Source: an uncultured Gammaproteobacteria bacterium
GTDB taxonomy: Bacteria; Patescibacteriota; Patescibacteriia; VMEV01; CAYQCH01
DNA length: 64,000 nt
Assembly (NCBI GenBank): GCA_964503955.1
Contig: CAZDCG010000001.1
Coordinates: 173,804 to 237,803, forward strand
Reading direction: 5' to 3'
The translations under genes and the position numbers were made by a program. Below are positions 37,064 to 43,895 of the stretch, one piece after another (the first letter of the stretch is position 1; each line of letters opens with the position of its first letter). The notes beneath the pieces are model-generated. The model worked only from the letters and a program-made list of their open reading frames with translations, did not search any database and was not told the origin of the DNA.

Positions 37064-39007
37064 TTATAACGCCAATGCTGCTAAAGCGCCTTCAGCCATG
37101 GCTTCAGTCACTCGACGCGGCTGTAGCGCGTCGCCAACGATCATCACTCGTTTGACTTGCTTCTTCAGCTCATTTGCCAGTCCGTCATTAGGATACGACC
37201 CAAGACACAAGACGACGGTATCGGCAGCAAGCGTGCTTGAGCCTTTCTGGTCTTCAATTGTGACGGTGTTCGTTCCGACCGTCGCAAGTTTCGTATGCAA
37301 TCGCAGATGAACCTTTTTTTGTTTGAGGCGATCCAGCAAAAGCATGCGGTCATCTACCGGCGCTTCTAACGCGATCTCCCCCCCTGCTTCTATCAACGTG
37401 ACAGGAAACCCCTTATCGGCAAGAAATTCGGCAGTCTGTGCGCCCGCGCAACCGCCGCCAACGACCACAACCTTCCCTTTTGCTTTCTTTTTTCTCTCCA
37501 GAAGATCGCGGGCAATGATAACATGCGCTTTATCAACTCCCGGAATGTTCGGCCGGACGGCTGACGAACCGATAGCGATAATCACTGCGTCGGGTTTGGA
37601 CTTGGCAAGCGTGGCCGGAACCACATTCGACTTCAGCTTCACACGCACCTTCAGCCGCTTCACATCTCGGATCAACGTCTCTCTCAATTCACGCCAGCCC
37701 TCACGATGAGGAGCCGCGGCGGCGGCAGACAACTGCCCGCCAAGACGAGAGGATTTTTCATAGAGGGTTACAGCATGCCCTCTCTTGGCCGCGACGCGAG
37801 CAGCCTCAAGGCCGGCCGGGCCTCCGCCCACAATCACAACCCGCTTTTTCGATTTGACCGGCTTGGCAAAGGCTCTTTCGCGACTGGTTTCTGGATTCAC
37901 CGTGCACCAGACATCCTGCTGTGCGAATAATCGGCTGATGCACCCCTGATTGCAGGCGATACACGGATTGATTTGATTCAACTTGCCTGACTGAACCTTG
38001 TTTGGCCATTCCGGATCAGCAAGCAGCATGCGCCCGATAGCAACAAAATCAGCTTTCCTCTGCTTGATAATGGTTGCGGCCAGTTTCGGATCTCTGATCT
38101 TTGCAACGGTAATAACCGGGAGGCTCGTCTTTTTTTTGATCTGCGAAGCAAGATCGACAAGAACTCCGTCTTTAACTGCCATAGGCGGAATCATTTTCCC
38201 CTGGGCATACGAAGCGTAATTCCCGGCAGAAATATGTATGGCGTCAATCTGCTCTTTTTCCAGTCGTTTGACGATCTGCATTGTATCTTTTGCCCTGAGG
38301 CCGCCGGGAACAAGCTCATCGCCGGAAAGTCTGATCAGAACCGGAAAATCACGCCCGACTTCTTTGCGCACCGCCTGAACCACTTCTTTGAGAAAACGAT
38401 AGCGCTTCTCAAAGCTTCCGCCGTAGGCATCGGTTCGTTTATTACTGAACGGCGAAAGAAACTGCGTGATCAAATAACCATGCGCGCCGTGCAGTTCGAC
38501 AAAATCACATCCAGCCGCTTTTGCTCTTCTCGCGGCGTCAGCATATTGCTTCACAAGCTTTTTGATCTCACTCTGCGTCAACGCATGAGGAACCTCATTG
38601 ACCGTCGGATCAGGGATGGCTGAAGGCGCCACCGGTTGTTTACCGGTTGTTTTTGACGACGTTTGTCTGCCCGCGTGATACAGCTGCGGACCGATCATCG
38701 CACCATATTTATGAGCAGCTTTGACCAATTTTTTCAATCCTGGGATCACTTCATCGGAATGAATCCCCAGCTCGTGCACGAACCCCTTCCCACGGGGATC
38801 TATAAAACTGGCTTCCAAAATCATCATACCAACCCCGCCTCTGGCAATTCTGTCTATATGGTCAACATACCGTTGCGTGACAAAACCGTTCGAGTCAGCA
38901 TAATTCCTGACCATTGGAGGCATGACTAAACAGTTTTTCACCTTCATCTTTCCGATAGCCGCTGAGGTAAAAAGAGGATTCCTGCGCATATGTTCATGAC
39001 TGATCAC
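37064..39007 (-). CDS. NADH:flavin oxidoreductase (Old Yellow Enzyme family) fused to an FAD/NAD(P)-binding domain, 2,4-dienoyl-CoA reductase-like
   Basis: The N-terminal TIM barrel carries LVMPPMV...GPQLYHAGRQ...HGAHGYLITQFLSP. The C-terminus carries VVIVGGGPAGLEAARV and VVVVGGGCAGAQTAEFL Rossmann motifs. Confidence 0.85.
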   Translation of the reverse strand: MISHEHMRRNPLFTSAAIGKMKVKNCLVMPPMVRNYADSNGFVTQRYVDHIDRIARGGVGMMILEASFIDPRGKGFVHELGIHSDEVIPGLKKLVKAAHKYGAMIGPQLYHAGRQTSSKTTGKQPVAPSAIPDPTVNEVPHALTQSEIKKLVKQYADAARRAKAAGCDFVELHGAHGYLITQFLSPFSNKRTDAYGGSFEKRYRFLKEVVQAVRKEVGRDFPVLIRLSGDELVPGGLRAKDTMQIVKRLEKEQIDAIHISAGNYASYAQGKMIPPMAVKDGVLVDLASQIKKKTSLPVITVAKIRDPKLAATIIKQRKADFVAIGRMLLADPEWPNKVQSGKLNQINPCIACNQGCISRLFAQQDVWCTVNPETSRERAFAKPVKSKKRVVIVGGGPAGLEAARVAAKRGHAVTLYEKSSRLGGQLSAAAAAPHREGWRELRETLIRDVKRLKVRVKLKSNVVPATLAKSKPDAVIIAIGSSAVRPNIPGVDKAHVIIARDLLERKKKAKGKVVVVGGGCAGAQTAEFLADKGFPVTLIEAGGEIALEAPVDDRMLLLDRLKQKKVHLRLHTKLATVGTNTVTIEDQKGSSTLAADTVVLCLGSYPNDGLANELKKQVKRVMIVGDALQPRRVTEAMAEGALAALAL

Positions 39008-39065
39008 CCTGTTAACAAAAAAGGGGGGAAACTCGCCTATAGATTATAGCAAATAAAAAGCGGCT

Positions 39066-39236
39066 TTACTGACCAGGAAAGTCCTTTTTGCTTCTCATTA
39101 CTCCAACCACACCCCCAATCAAGACGAGCAGCCCGATCAGCTGCGCGCCGGGGCTGTCGTCTGCCCCGCCATAGACGAAGAGGAATGCCCCAAGAGCGAC
39201 CGCAAGAAGAGAGAAGATGAGTTTCGGAATGTTCAT
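39066..39236 (-). CDS. possible 56-aa single-pass membrane protein
   Basis: MNIPKLIFSLLAVALGAFLFVYGGADDSPGAQLIGLLVLIGGVVGVMRSKKDFPGQ. It is absent from the ORF track because it is under 60 aa. Confidence 0.3.
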   Translation of the reverse strand: MNIPKLIFSLLAVALGAFLFVYGGADDSPGAQLIGLLVLIGGVVGVMRSKKDFPGQ

Positions 39237-39256
39237 ATACTTGGCTTGAGAACAAA

Positions 39257-39376
39257 TTAATTGTTACGATCCTCAAAATCTTCGCGGCCTTTGTCTTTGA
39301 TCCGCCCATAGATAAGCACCACGAGCGTAAGGATACAGACTCCAAGCACCGTCATTGCAATCAGATCATTGAACAT
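39257..39376 (-). CDS. possible 39-aa single-pass membrane peptide
   Basis: MFNDLIAMTVLGVCILTLVVLIYGRIKDKGREDFEDRNN. Confidence 0.25.
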   Translation of the reverse strand: MFNDLIAMTVLGVCILTLVVLIYGRIKDKGREDFEDRNN

Positions 39377-39380
39377 AATG

Positions 39381-39698
39381 CTACGCCTTAAACTTTACGG
39401 CGGTTCCGTAAGCCAGAATTTCTGACGCGCCGTCCATGATCATTGATGTCTGAAGCCGCACGCAAACCACGGCATCGGCCCCCAGCCGCTCTGCGTCTTC
39501 CACCATTCTTTGCAAAGCCTGTTCGCGGGCATCCGCCTGCATTTTTGTATATTCTGAGACTTCTCCTCCAATAAATAATTTCAAGCCGGCAATAATATGC
39601 CGTCCGACATGCCTTGTCCGCACGGTACTCCCCCGCGCGACACCAAGCACTTGCGCTATTTCCTTGCCGGCAATTGTTTCCGTTGTTGAGATGAGCAT
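39381..39698 (-). CDS. YbjQ family (UPF0145/DUF74) protein
   Basis: The 105-aa ORF carries TTETIAGKEI...GGEVSEYTKMQADAREQALQRMVEDAERLGADAVV. Confidence 0.85.
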   Translation of the reverse strand: MLISTTETIAGKEIAQVLGVARGSTVRTRHVGRHIIAGLKLFIGGEVSEYTKMQADAREQALQRMVEDAERLGADAVVCVRLQTSMIMDGASEILAYGTAVKFKA

Positions 39699-39746
39699 AG
39701 TTGATGATGAGTTAATTGGCTCACTTTACAGGCAGAAAAGAAATGC

Positions 39747-40175
39747 TTACTCACCTGGATAAAACTCAATAATCCACTCAATACCGTACTTGTCCCTAAA
39801 CATACCGGCATAAGAACCCCAGGGACCTTCGCCCATTGGCCCTTCTACGCTTCCTCCGGCAGAAAGACCGTTAAATAACCTGTCCGCTTCTTCCTTGCTT
39901 TGAGCCGTAACTAAAATTTTGCTCCTGTTCTCTTGCTCATTCACCTTCCCCATAAATTCCGGCACATCATTTCCCGTCAATACGCTGCCCTCGCCAATCG
40001 TCAACGTAATAAGCATGATTTTGTTTTCTTCTCCTTCCGGAACGGTGAATTCAGGACTCGCAAGGTCTTTGAAACGCACGATTTTCCCAAATTCCCCGCC
40101 GAATACTGATTGATAAAACGTAAACGCCTCTTCAGCGTTGCCATTGAAGTTGATCCAAGGATTGATTGTGGCCAT
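39747..40175 (-). CDS. VOC family protein (PhnB / 3-demethylubiquinone-9 3-methyltransferase-like glyoxalase fold)
   Basis: It begins MATINPWINFNGNAEEAFTFYQSVFGG. This is a paralog of the gene at 42045-42491. Confidence 0.8.
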   Translation of the reverse strand: MATINPWINFNGNAEEAFTFYQSVFGGEFGKIVRFKDLASPEFTVPEGEENKIMLITLTIGEGSVLTGNDVPEFMGKVNEQENRSKILVTAQSKEEADRLFNGLSAGGSVEGPMGEGPWGSYAGMFRDKYGIEWIIEFYPGE

Positions 40176-40297
40176 AGGTGAGTTAGATAAAACTAGATTG
40201 ATTGTACATTCCGGAATCAAAAATCACCAGCTTTTGCCGGTGATTTTTGATTGGCTCCCTTTGTTGGACTCATTTAGAACGGTTGATTGATATGCGA

Positions 40298-40570
40298 TTA
40301 AGAAACAGTTATCCTCAACTTCACGTTAAGGGCATCTGCCACCTTGTAAAGAAATTCTAAAGAGGGATTATACGATCCTGACTCAAACCGAGAAATAGCA
40401 GATTGTTTGGTGCCAATTTTTTTTGCTAAATCCGATTGAGAAATATTTTTCTCTAACCTTTTTTCTATCAACTCTTGAATAATCAAATACTCAGGTTCAA
40501 GCGCTTTGTAGCTCTTATTGACCTGCTTGTCTTTAAGCAATTCAGATTTTAGGGATTTATAGCTTTTCAT
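40298..40570 (-). CDS. HTH XRE-family antitoxin (HigA-like)
   Basis: The 90-aa ORF has a helix-turn-helix (ISQSDLAKKIGTKQSAISRFESG). It lies directly downstream of the RelE/ParE-like toxin. Confidence 0.75.
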   Translation of the reverse strand: MKSYKSLKSELLKDKQVNKSYKALEPEYLIIQELIEKRLEKNISQSDLAKKIGTKQSAISRFESGSYNPSLEFLYKVADALNVKLRITVS

Positions 40571-40593
40571 ATGGAATGAATATAACGTATATG

Positions 40594-40911
40594 TTATATA
40601 CTGTCAAGCGATGCTTTTCTTTCTTGTGCCAGCTTTAAGTGCTTTGCAGGTATCTTCTGACTCTTTTTCATAAAGCCATGCAAGATAATGGCTATTTTGC
40701 CAGATTGAAAAGTATAGATAAAGCGAACTTCTTGAACACCTCTAATTCGCAACTCATGCAATCCTTTTCCAATACTCTTTGAATGAGGCATTTTTAGATC
40801 TTCCCCAAATTGCTCAAGTAAATCAAAGGTACGCAAAACCTTGGCAATAGTTTGTTTCTCCAAACTCTTGATAAATTTTTCTATGTCTTCGTCATACAAC
40901 TTTATTTGCAT
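40594..40911 (-). CDS. type II toxin, RelE/ParE superfamily (HigB-like)
   Basis: It begins MQIKLYDEDIEKFIKSLEKQTIAKVLRTFDLLEQFGEDL and has KGLHELRI...IAIILHGFMKKSQKIP. The toxin-first order is typical of HigBA. Confidence 0.7.
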   Translation of the reverse strand: MQIKLYDEDIEKFIKSLEKQTIAKVLRTFDLLEQFGEDLKMPHSKSIGKGLHELRIRGVQEVRFIYTFQSGKIAIILHGFMKKSQKIPAKHLKLAQERKASLDSI

Positions 40912-40989
40912 AAAAAAACACGCCATTTCTTTTTAAAGAAGGGGCGTGGGCTGACATGTTGATTATAGCAGAAAAATATCAATCAAAAA

Positions 40990-41012
40990 ACTGGTCAAAG
41001 GACCAGCTTTTT
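40990..41012 (-). terminator. Rho-independent terminator after tRNA-Asn
   Basis: ctggtc aaag gaccag, with T-runs on both strands. Confidence 0.6.
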
Positions 41013-41015
41013 GAT

Positions 41016-41090
41016 TGGCTCCGAGGGTGGGACTCGAACCCACGACCAATTGGTTAACAGCCAACTGCTCTACCACTGAGCTACCTCGGA
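41016..41090 (-). tRNA. tRNA-Asn (anticodon GTT), CCA encoded
   Basis: The reverse complement folds as a cloverleaf (TCCGAGGTAGCTCAGTGGTAGAGCAGTTGGCTGTTAACCAATTGGTCGTGGGTTCGAGTCCCACCCTCGGAGCCA). The acceptor stem has 7 bp, the D stem is GCTC/GAGC and the anticodon loop is CTGTTAA. The T arm is GTGGG-TTCGAGT-CCCAC. Confidence 0.85.
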
Positions 41091-41326
41091 ATATTCTCGT
41101 CTAACCATTTTCTGCCTTGGCCAGACTTCAAGAAACGCTCTCTCTTTTCTGCTTCCCACCTGGTTTGAAAACCTTCACTGTGCATCAAGTTGAATGGGCC
41201 ATTCTGCCTCGTCCATTTATTTGATCCTGAATGATGATCTTTCAAGCGCTCAAGAGCGGTTTTTGAAGTATAACCAACGTAGCGTTTGTTATTTTTCAGA
41301 CTTCTCAGCACATAAACAAAAAACAT
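41081..41326 (-). CDS. GIY-YIG nuclease family protein (81 aa)
   Basis: MFFVYVLRSLKNNKRYVGYTSKTALERLKDHHSG.... The last codons and the TAG stop (IPR*) are positions 2-10 of the downstream tRNA-Asn. Confidence 0.8.
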   Translation of the reverse strand: MFFVYVLRSLKNNKRYVGYTSKTALERLKDHHSGSNKWTRQNGPFNLMHSEGFQTRWEAEKRERFLKSGQGRKWLDENIPR

Positions 41327-41361
41327 AAATTTATGGGCAGAGATTAATATTGTAAGGAGCT

Positions 41362-41431
41362 TGGTGAACAGCCCCAGCCATAGGCTGGTCCGCCTCTGGC
41401 GGAAACTGCTCTACCACTGAGCTACCTCGGA
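41362..41431 (-). pseudogene. degenerate partial tRNA-Asn copy (positions 1-28, a roughly 30-nt GC-hairpin insertion, then a mutated anticodon arm GGCTGTTCACCAAGC)
   Basis: 29 nt are identical to the tRNA 5' end. After the insert, 12 of 15 nt match tRNA positions 29-43. Confidence 0.55.
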
Positions 41432-41676
41432 ATATATATTCTTCTTTTTAAGAACGCTCTCCCAAACCCAGTTTTAAAGTATTTCTCACGAGCCTGGGAA
41501 TCTCTCTTCGACAAACAAGCCTCGTAGTAAATTAACTTCACGGGCCTACGGTAATTTGTCGAGGAAACATTTCCACTCTCGTGTTCACTTATCCTTCTTT
41601 GCAAGTCAGATGCACTACCGATGTAAAACTTATCATCCGAGCAAAGAAGTACATATGTGTAATGAAACCCTTCCAT
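41422..41676 (-). CDS. GIY-YIG nuclease family protein (84 aa)
   Basis: MEGFHYTYVLLCSDDKFYIGSASDLQRRISEHESG.... Its ATG directly abuts tRNA-like GAGCAGTTT, and its C-terminal IPR* plus TAG is supplied by the next pseudo-tRNA copy. Confidence 0.8.
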   Translation of the reverse strand: MEGFHYTYVLLCSDDKFYIGSASDLQRRISEHESGNVSSTNYRRPVKLIYYEACLSKRDSQAREKYFKTGFGRAFLKRRIYIPR

Positions 41677-41779
41677 AAACTGCTCCCCGCCGCTCAGCTA
41701 TGCAGAGCTGGCGGGCCCGCCTGCACTGAACGTAGCATAGCGCAGTGATGTGCGGCGGGTACCACTGAGCTACCTCGGA
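41677..41779 (-). pseudogene. partial tRNA-Asn copy (positions 1-20 and 21-28) interrupted in the D-loop by a 74-nt inverted-repeat element
   Basis: TCCGAGGTAGCTCAGTGGTA, then the 74-nt insert, then GAGCAGTTT. Confidence 0.55.
41686..41759. repeat. 74-nt GC-rich miniature insertion with 8-bp terminal inverted repeats CCCGCCGC / GCGGCGGG
   Basis: CCCGCCGCACATCACTGCGCTATGCTACGTTCAGTGCAGGCGGGCCCGCCAGCTCTGCATAGCTGAGCGGCGGG. A related copy about 85% identical over some 45 nt lies at 41906-41950. Confidence 0.5.
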
Positions 41780-41785
41780 ATACAA

Positions 41786-41815
41786 TTGACATTTGACTGT
41801 TGACCTTTGACTTGA
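41786..41815. repeat. heptamer tandem repeat (TTGAC on the plus strand, four times at 7-nt phasing)
   Basis: aatTGACAtTTGACTgTTGACCtTTGACTtg lies immediately 5' (minus-strand sense) of the pseudo-tRNA/GIY-YIG array. Confidence 0.4.
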
Positions 41816-41825
41816 AAGATCAACA

Positions 41826-41955
41826 TTCTTTGGATCAACTGCTCTACCACTGCCCGCCCGCCGGCTCCTAACGAGCGCTAGCGAGGATAAGCGGTGGGAG
41901 CTACCCCTGCCCGCCAGCACTGAACGAAGCATAGCGTAGTGATGTGCGGCGGGTC
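41826..41955 (-). pseudogene. fourth, most degenerate tRNA-Asn 5' fragment
   Basis: Minus-strand TCCGA + insert + GGGTAGCTC + insert + CAGTGGTAGAGCAGTTG. It carries two GC-rich insertions related to the 74-nt element. Confidence 0.45.
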
Positions 41956-42044
41956 GGAATAAGAAGAAAATGACCAGGAGAGCCGGCCATTTCCATGAAT
42001 ATCCTAACAGAATGAGACAAAAGAAGCAAGCTTGTTCCCTTCTC

Positions 42045-42491
42045 TTACGAAGCCTGCTTCTTCTCGGAAACCGCGATCATCCATTGCACGCCAAATTTAT
42101 CTGTAAACGACCCAAAATAGTCTCCCCAGAACATGTCCTGCATAGGCATTTCTACCTTGCCCCCTTCCGAGAGGGCCGCAAATAAACGGTCGGCTTCTTC
42201 CTTCTCATCAAGATTAAGGCTGATATAGACATTATTGCCCTGATTCAGCGTAAACCCCATGGATTCGGGAGCGTCTGTTCCCATGAGCAGCACACCGCCA
42301 TAGAGCGGAAGCGCGACATGCATCACAAGGTTTTTATCTTCCTCGGCAAGCGGCGGCATTCCTTCTTGCTGAGGGACGCTTCCCATGCGGGCAATGCCGC
42401 CGACGAATTCTGTTCCAAAAACCGATTTGTAGAAGGTAAAAGCTTCTTCGGTATTGCGTGAGAAATTAAGATAGATATTGGTTTGTGCCAT
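42045..42491 (-). CDS. VOC family protein (PhnB-like), paralog of 39747-40175
   Basis: MAQTNIYLNFSRNTEEAFTFYKSVFGTEF...KEEADRLFAALSEGGKVEMPMQD. It aligns along its whole length with the other VOC gene. Confidence 0.8.
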   Translation of the reverse strand: MAQTNIYLNFSRNTEEAFTFYKSVFGTEFVGGIARMGSVPQQEGMPPLAEEDKNLVMHVALPLYGGVLLMGTDAPESMGFTLNQGNNVYISLNLDEKEEADRLFAALSEGGKVEMPMQDMFWGDYFGSFTDKFGVQWMIAVSEKKQAS

Positions 42492-42522
42492 ATGACGATG
42501 TTAAGGTTAGCCGACTAGTGAC

Positions 42523-43014
42523 TTAAGCAGAGAGCAATTCTTCCAGCTGGTTAAGCCCCATGGAGAACCCTTCTTCAAAGCCCATTTCAATAATCTGCTT
42601 CATAGACTCCAGAGATGCGAATACCAGCTTGACCATGATCTTGGTTTGTCCGTCCTGCTCGCTGAACTGAATGTTCCAGTCCGTGGCCGGCATATCGGGA
42701 TTGAGATTCCCCTCTTCATCACAGAAAGCGTCTTTAGCGGTGAAACCATGTTCCGGATCAATCGTGAGATAATCAATCAAACTCCAGGATTTTGTTCCGT
42801 CCGGACCTTCCATGTAATACAGCCAGCGCCCGCCTTCCGAAAAATCAAAAGACTTGGTAACAGCTTTCCATGGTTTCGGCGCCCACCACGGTTCAAGCAA
42901 TTCCCGCGTAGTCCAGGCCTGCCACACCTTGGCGCGCGGAGCGGAAAACATGCGCTCAATGGTGATCGTCTTATTTGCTTCGTCTTTTGTCACGATTGGT
43001 TGTTGCATAGTCAC
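42523..43014 (-). CDS. SRPBCC domain protein (AHSA1 / activator of Hsp90 ATPase homolog-like)
   Basis: The 163-aa ORF carries ITIERMFSAPRAKVWQAWTTRELLEPWW. It is paired with the upstream ArsR gene, a common operon arrangement. Confidence 0.8.
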   Translation of the reverse strand: MTMQQPIVTKDEANKTITIERMFSAPRAKVWQAWTTRELLEPWWAPKPWKAVTKSFDFSEGGRWLYYMEGPDGTKSWSLIDYLTIDPEHGFTAKDAFCDEEGNLNPDMPATDWNIQFSEQDGQTKIMVKLVFASLESMKQIIEMGFEEGFSMGLNQLEELLSA

Positions 43015-43330
43015 TTGTTAATAATTGATCTAGCGAGGCGAAGCGCGCCTGCCAGAGAGCTTCATAACGCTGAAGATGCTTATTCGCGATCCTGACCGTT
43101 TCCGGAACAAGGCTGACGATTTGCTGTTTGCCCTCACGGCGCTTCTTCACAAGCCTTGCCTGCTCCAAAACATGCACCTGTTTGGCGATGGCCGCAAATG
43201 TCACATCATGCGGCTTGGCTAATTGGCTGATCGTCTGCTCTTTTTTTGCCACGCGGCGCAGAATATCCCGCCTTGTGGGGTCCGCAAGGGCCTGAAAAAT
43301 GCGATCAAGCTGAACATGATATTCAACCAT
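42971..43330 (-). CDS. ArsR/SmtB family transcriptional regulator
   Basis: IFQALADPTRRDILRRVAKKEQTISQLAKPHDVTFAAIAKQVHVLEQARLV. Confidence 0.8.
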   Translation of the reverse strand: MVEYHVQLDRIFQALADPTRRDILRRVAKKEQTISQLAKPHDVTFAAIAKQVHVLEQARLVKKRREGKQQIVSLVPETVRIANKHLQRYEALWQARFASLDQLLTSDYATTNRDKRRSK

Positions 43331-43434
43331 ATGGTTTAATGTATCAGCTGCCCAATTTCATGTCAAACACCTGCAATTTGAGCATTTTCAAATTATTGGG
43401 AGTATAATGGAGAAGAAACCATTAATGTTATCGT

Positions 43435-43779
43435 ATGAAGATCAGAATAAAACGCGCATATGATTCCCCCGCCAAGAACGACGGCTATCGCGTTCTTGTG
43501 GACCGCCTCTGGCCAAGAGGCGTCAAGAAACAGGACGCGCGCATTGATCTATGGGCCAAGGAATTGACTCCCTCAAATGAACTGCGCAAATGGTTTCACG
43601 CCGACCAGGAGAAGCGGTTTCAGGAATTTAAAAAAATATTCCGCAAAGAATTAAGCCGGCAAAAGCCATACGTGAAAGAACACCTCTCCAAAAAGAAATC
43701 CGTTACGCTGGTAACCGCGGTCAAAGATATTGAGCATTCGCATATTCCGGTGCTGCTGGCTTTTTTGAAAAAGCAGTAG
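43435..43779 (+). CDS. DUF488 domain protein
   Basis: KRAYDSPAKNDGYRVLVDRLWPRGVKKQDARIDLWAKELTPSNELRKWF. Confidence 0.8.
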   Translation: MKIRIKRAYDSPAKNDGYRVLVDRLWPRGVKKQDARIDLWAKELTPSNELRKWFHADQEKRFQEFKKIFRKELSRQKPYVKEHLSKKKSVTLVTAVKDIEHSHIPVLLAFLKKQ

Positions 43780-43785
43780 ACAGCA

Positions 43786-43818
43786 TCAACCCGCAGCGCG
43801 CCTCAGGCGCGCTTTTTC
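43786..43818 (+). terminator. Rho-independent terminator
   Basis: agcgcgcc tca ggcgcgct, followed by ttttctt. Confidence 0.6.
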
Positions 43819-43895
43819 TTATCCACAATTGTTTTTTGAAAAAGCATGTTATTATTAAACAGTTATTTAACTAATTAACAATAATCCAACAACCT

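Noticed and set aside
39037-39345. 102-aa minus ORF
   Set aside because: It spans two better-supported micro-ORFs in other frames, has an implausible sequence and lacks a start context.
41100-41960. Possibility that the tRNA copies are one tRNA gene split by group I introns carrying GIY-YIG HEGs
   Set aside because: Each ORF is followed by a tRNA 5' end, not a 3' half. The 3' half (anticodon-loop 3' side, T arm, acceptor 3' strand, CCA) occurs only once, and no group I core (P, Q, R, S elements) is evident. The tandem 5'-fragment pattern fits repeated insertion better than introns.
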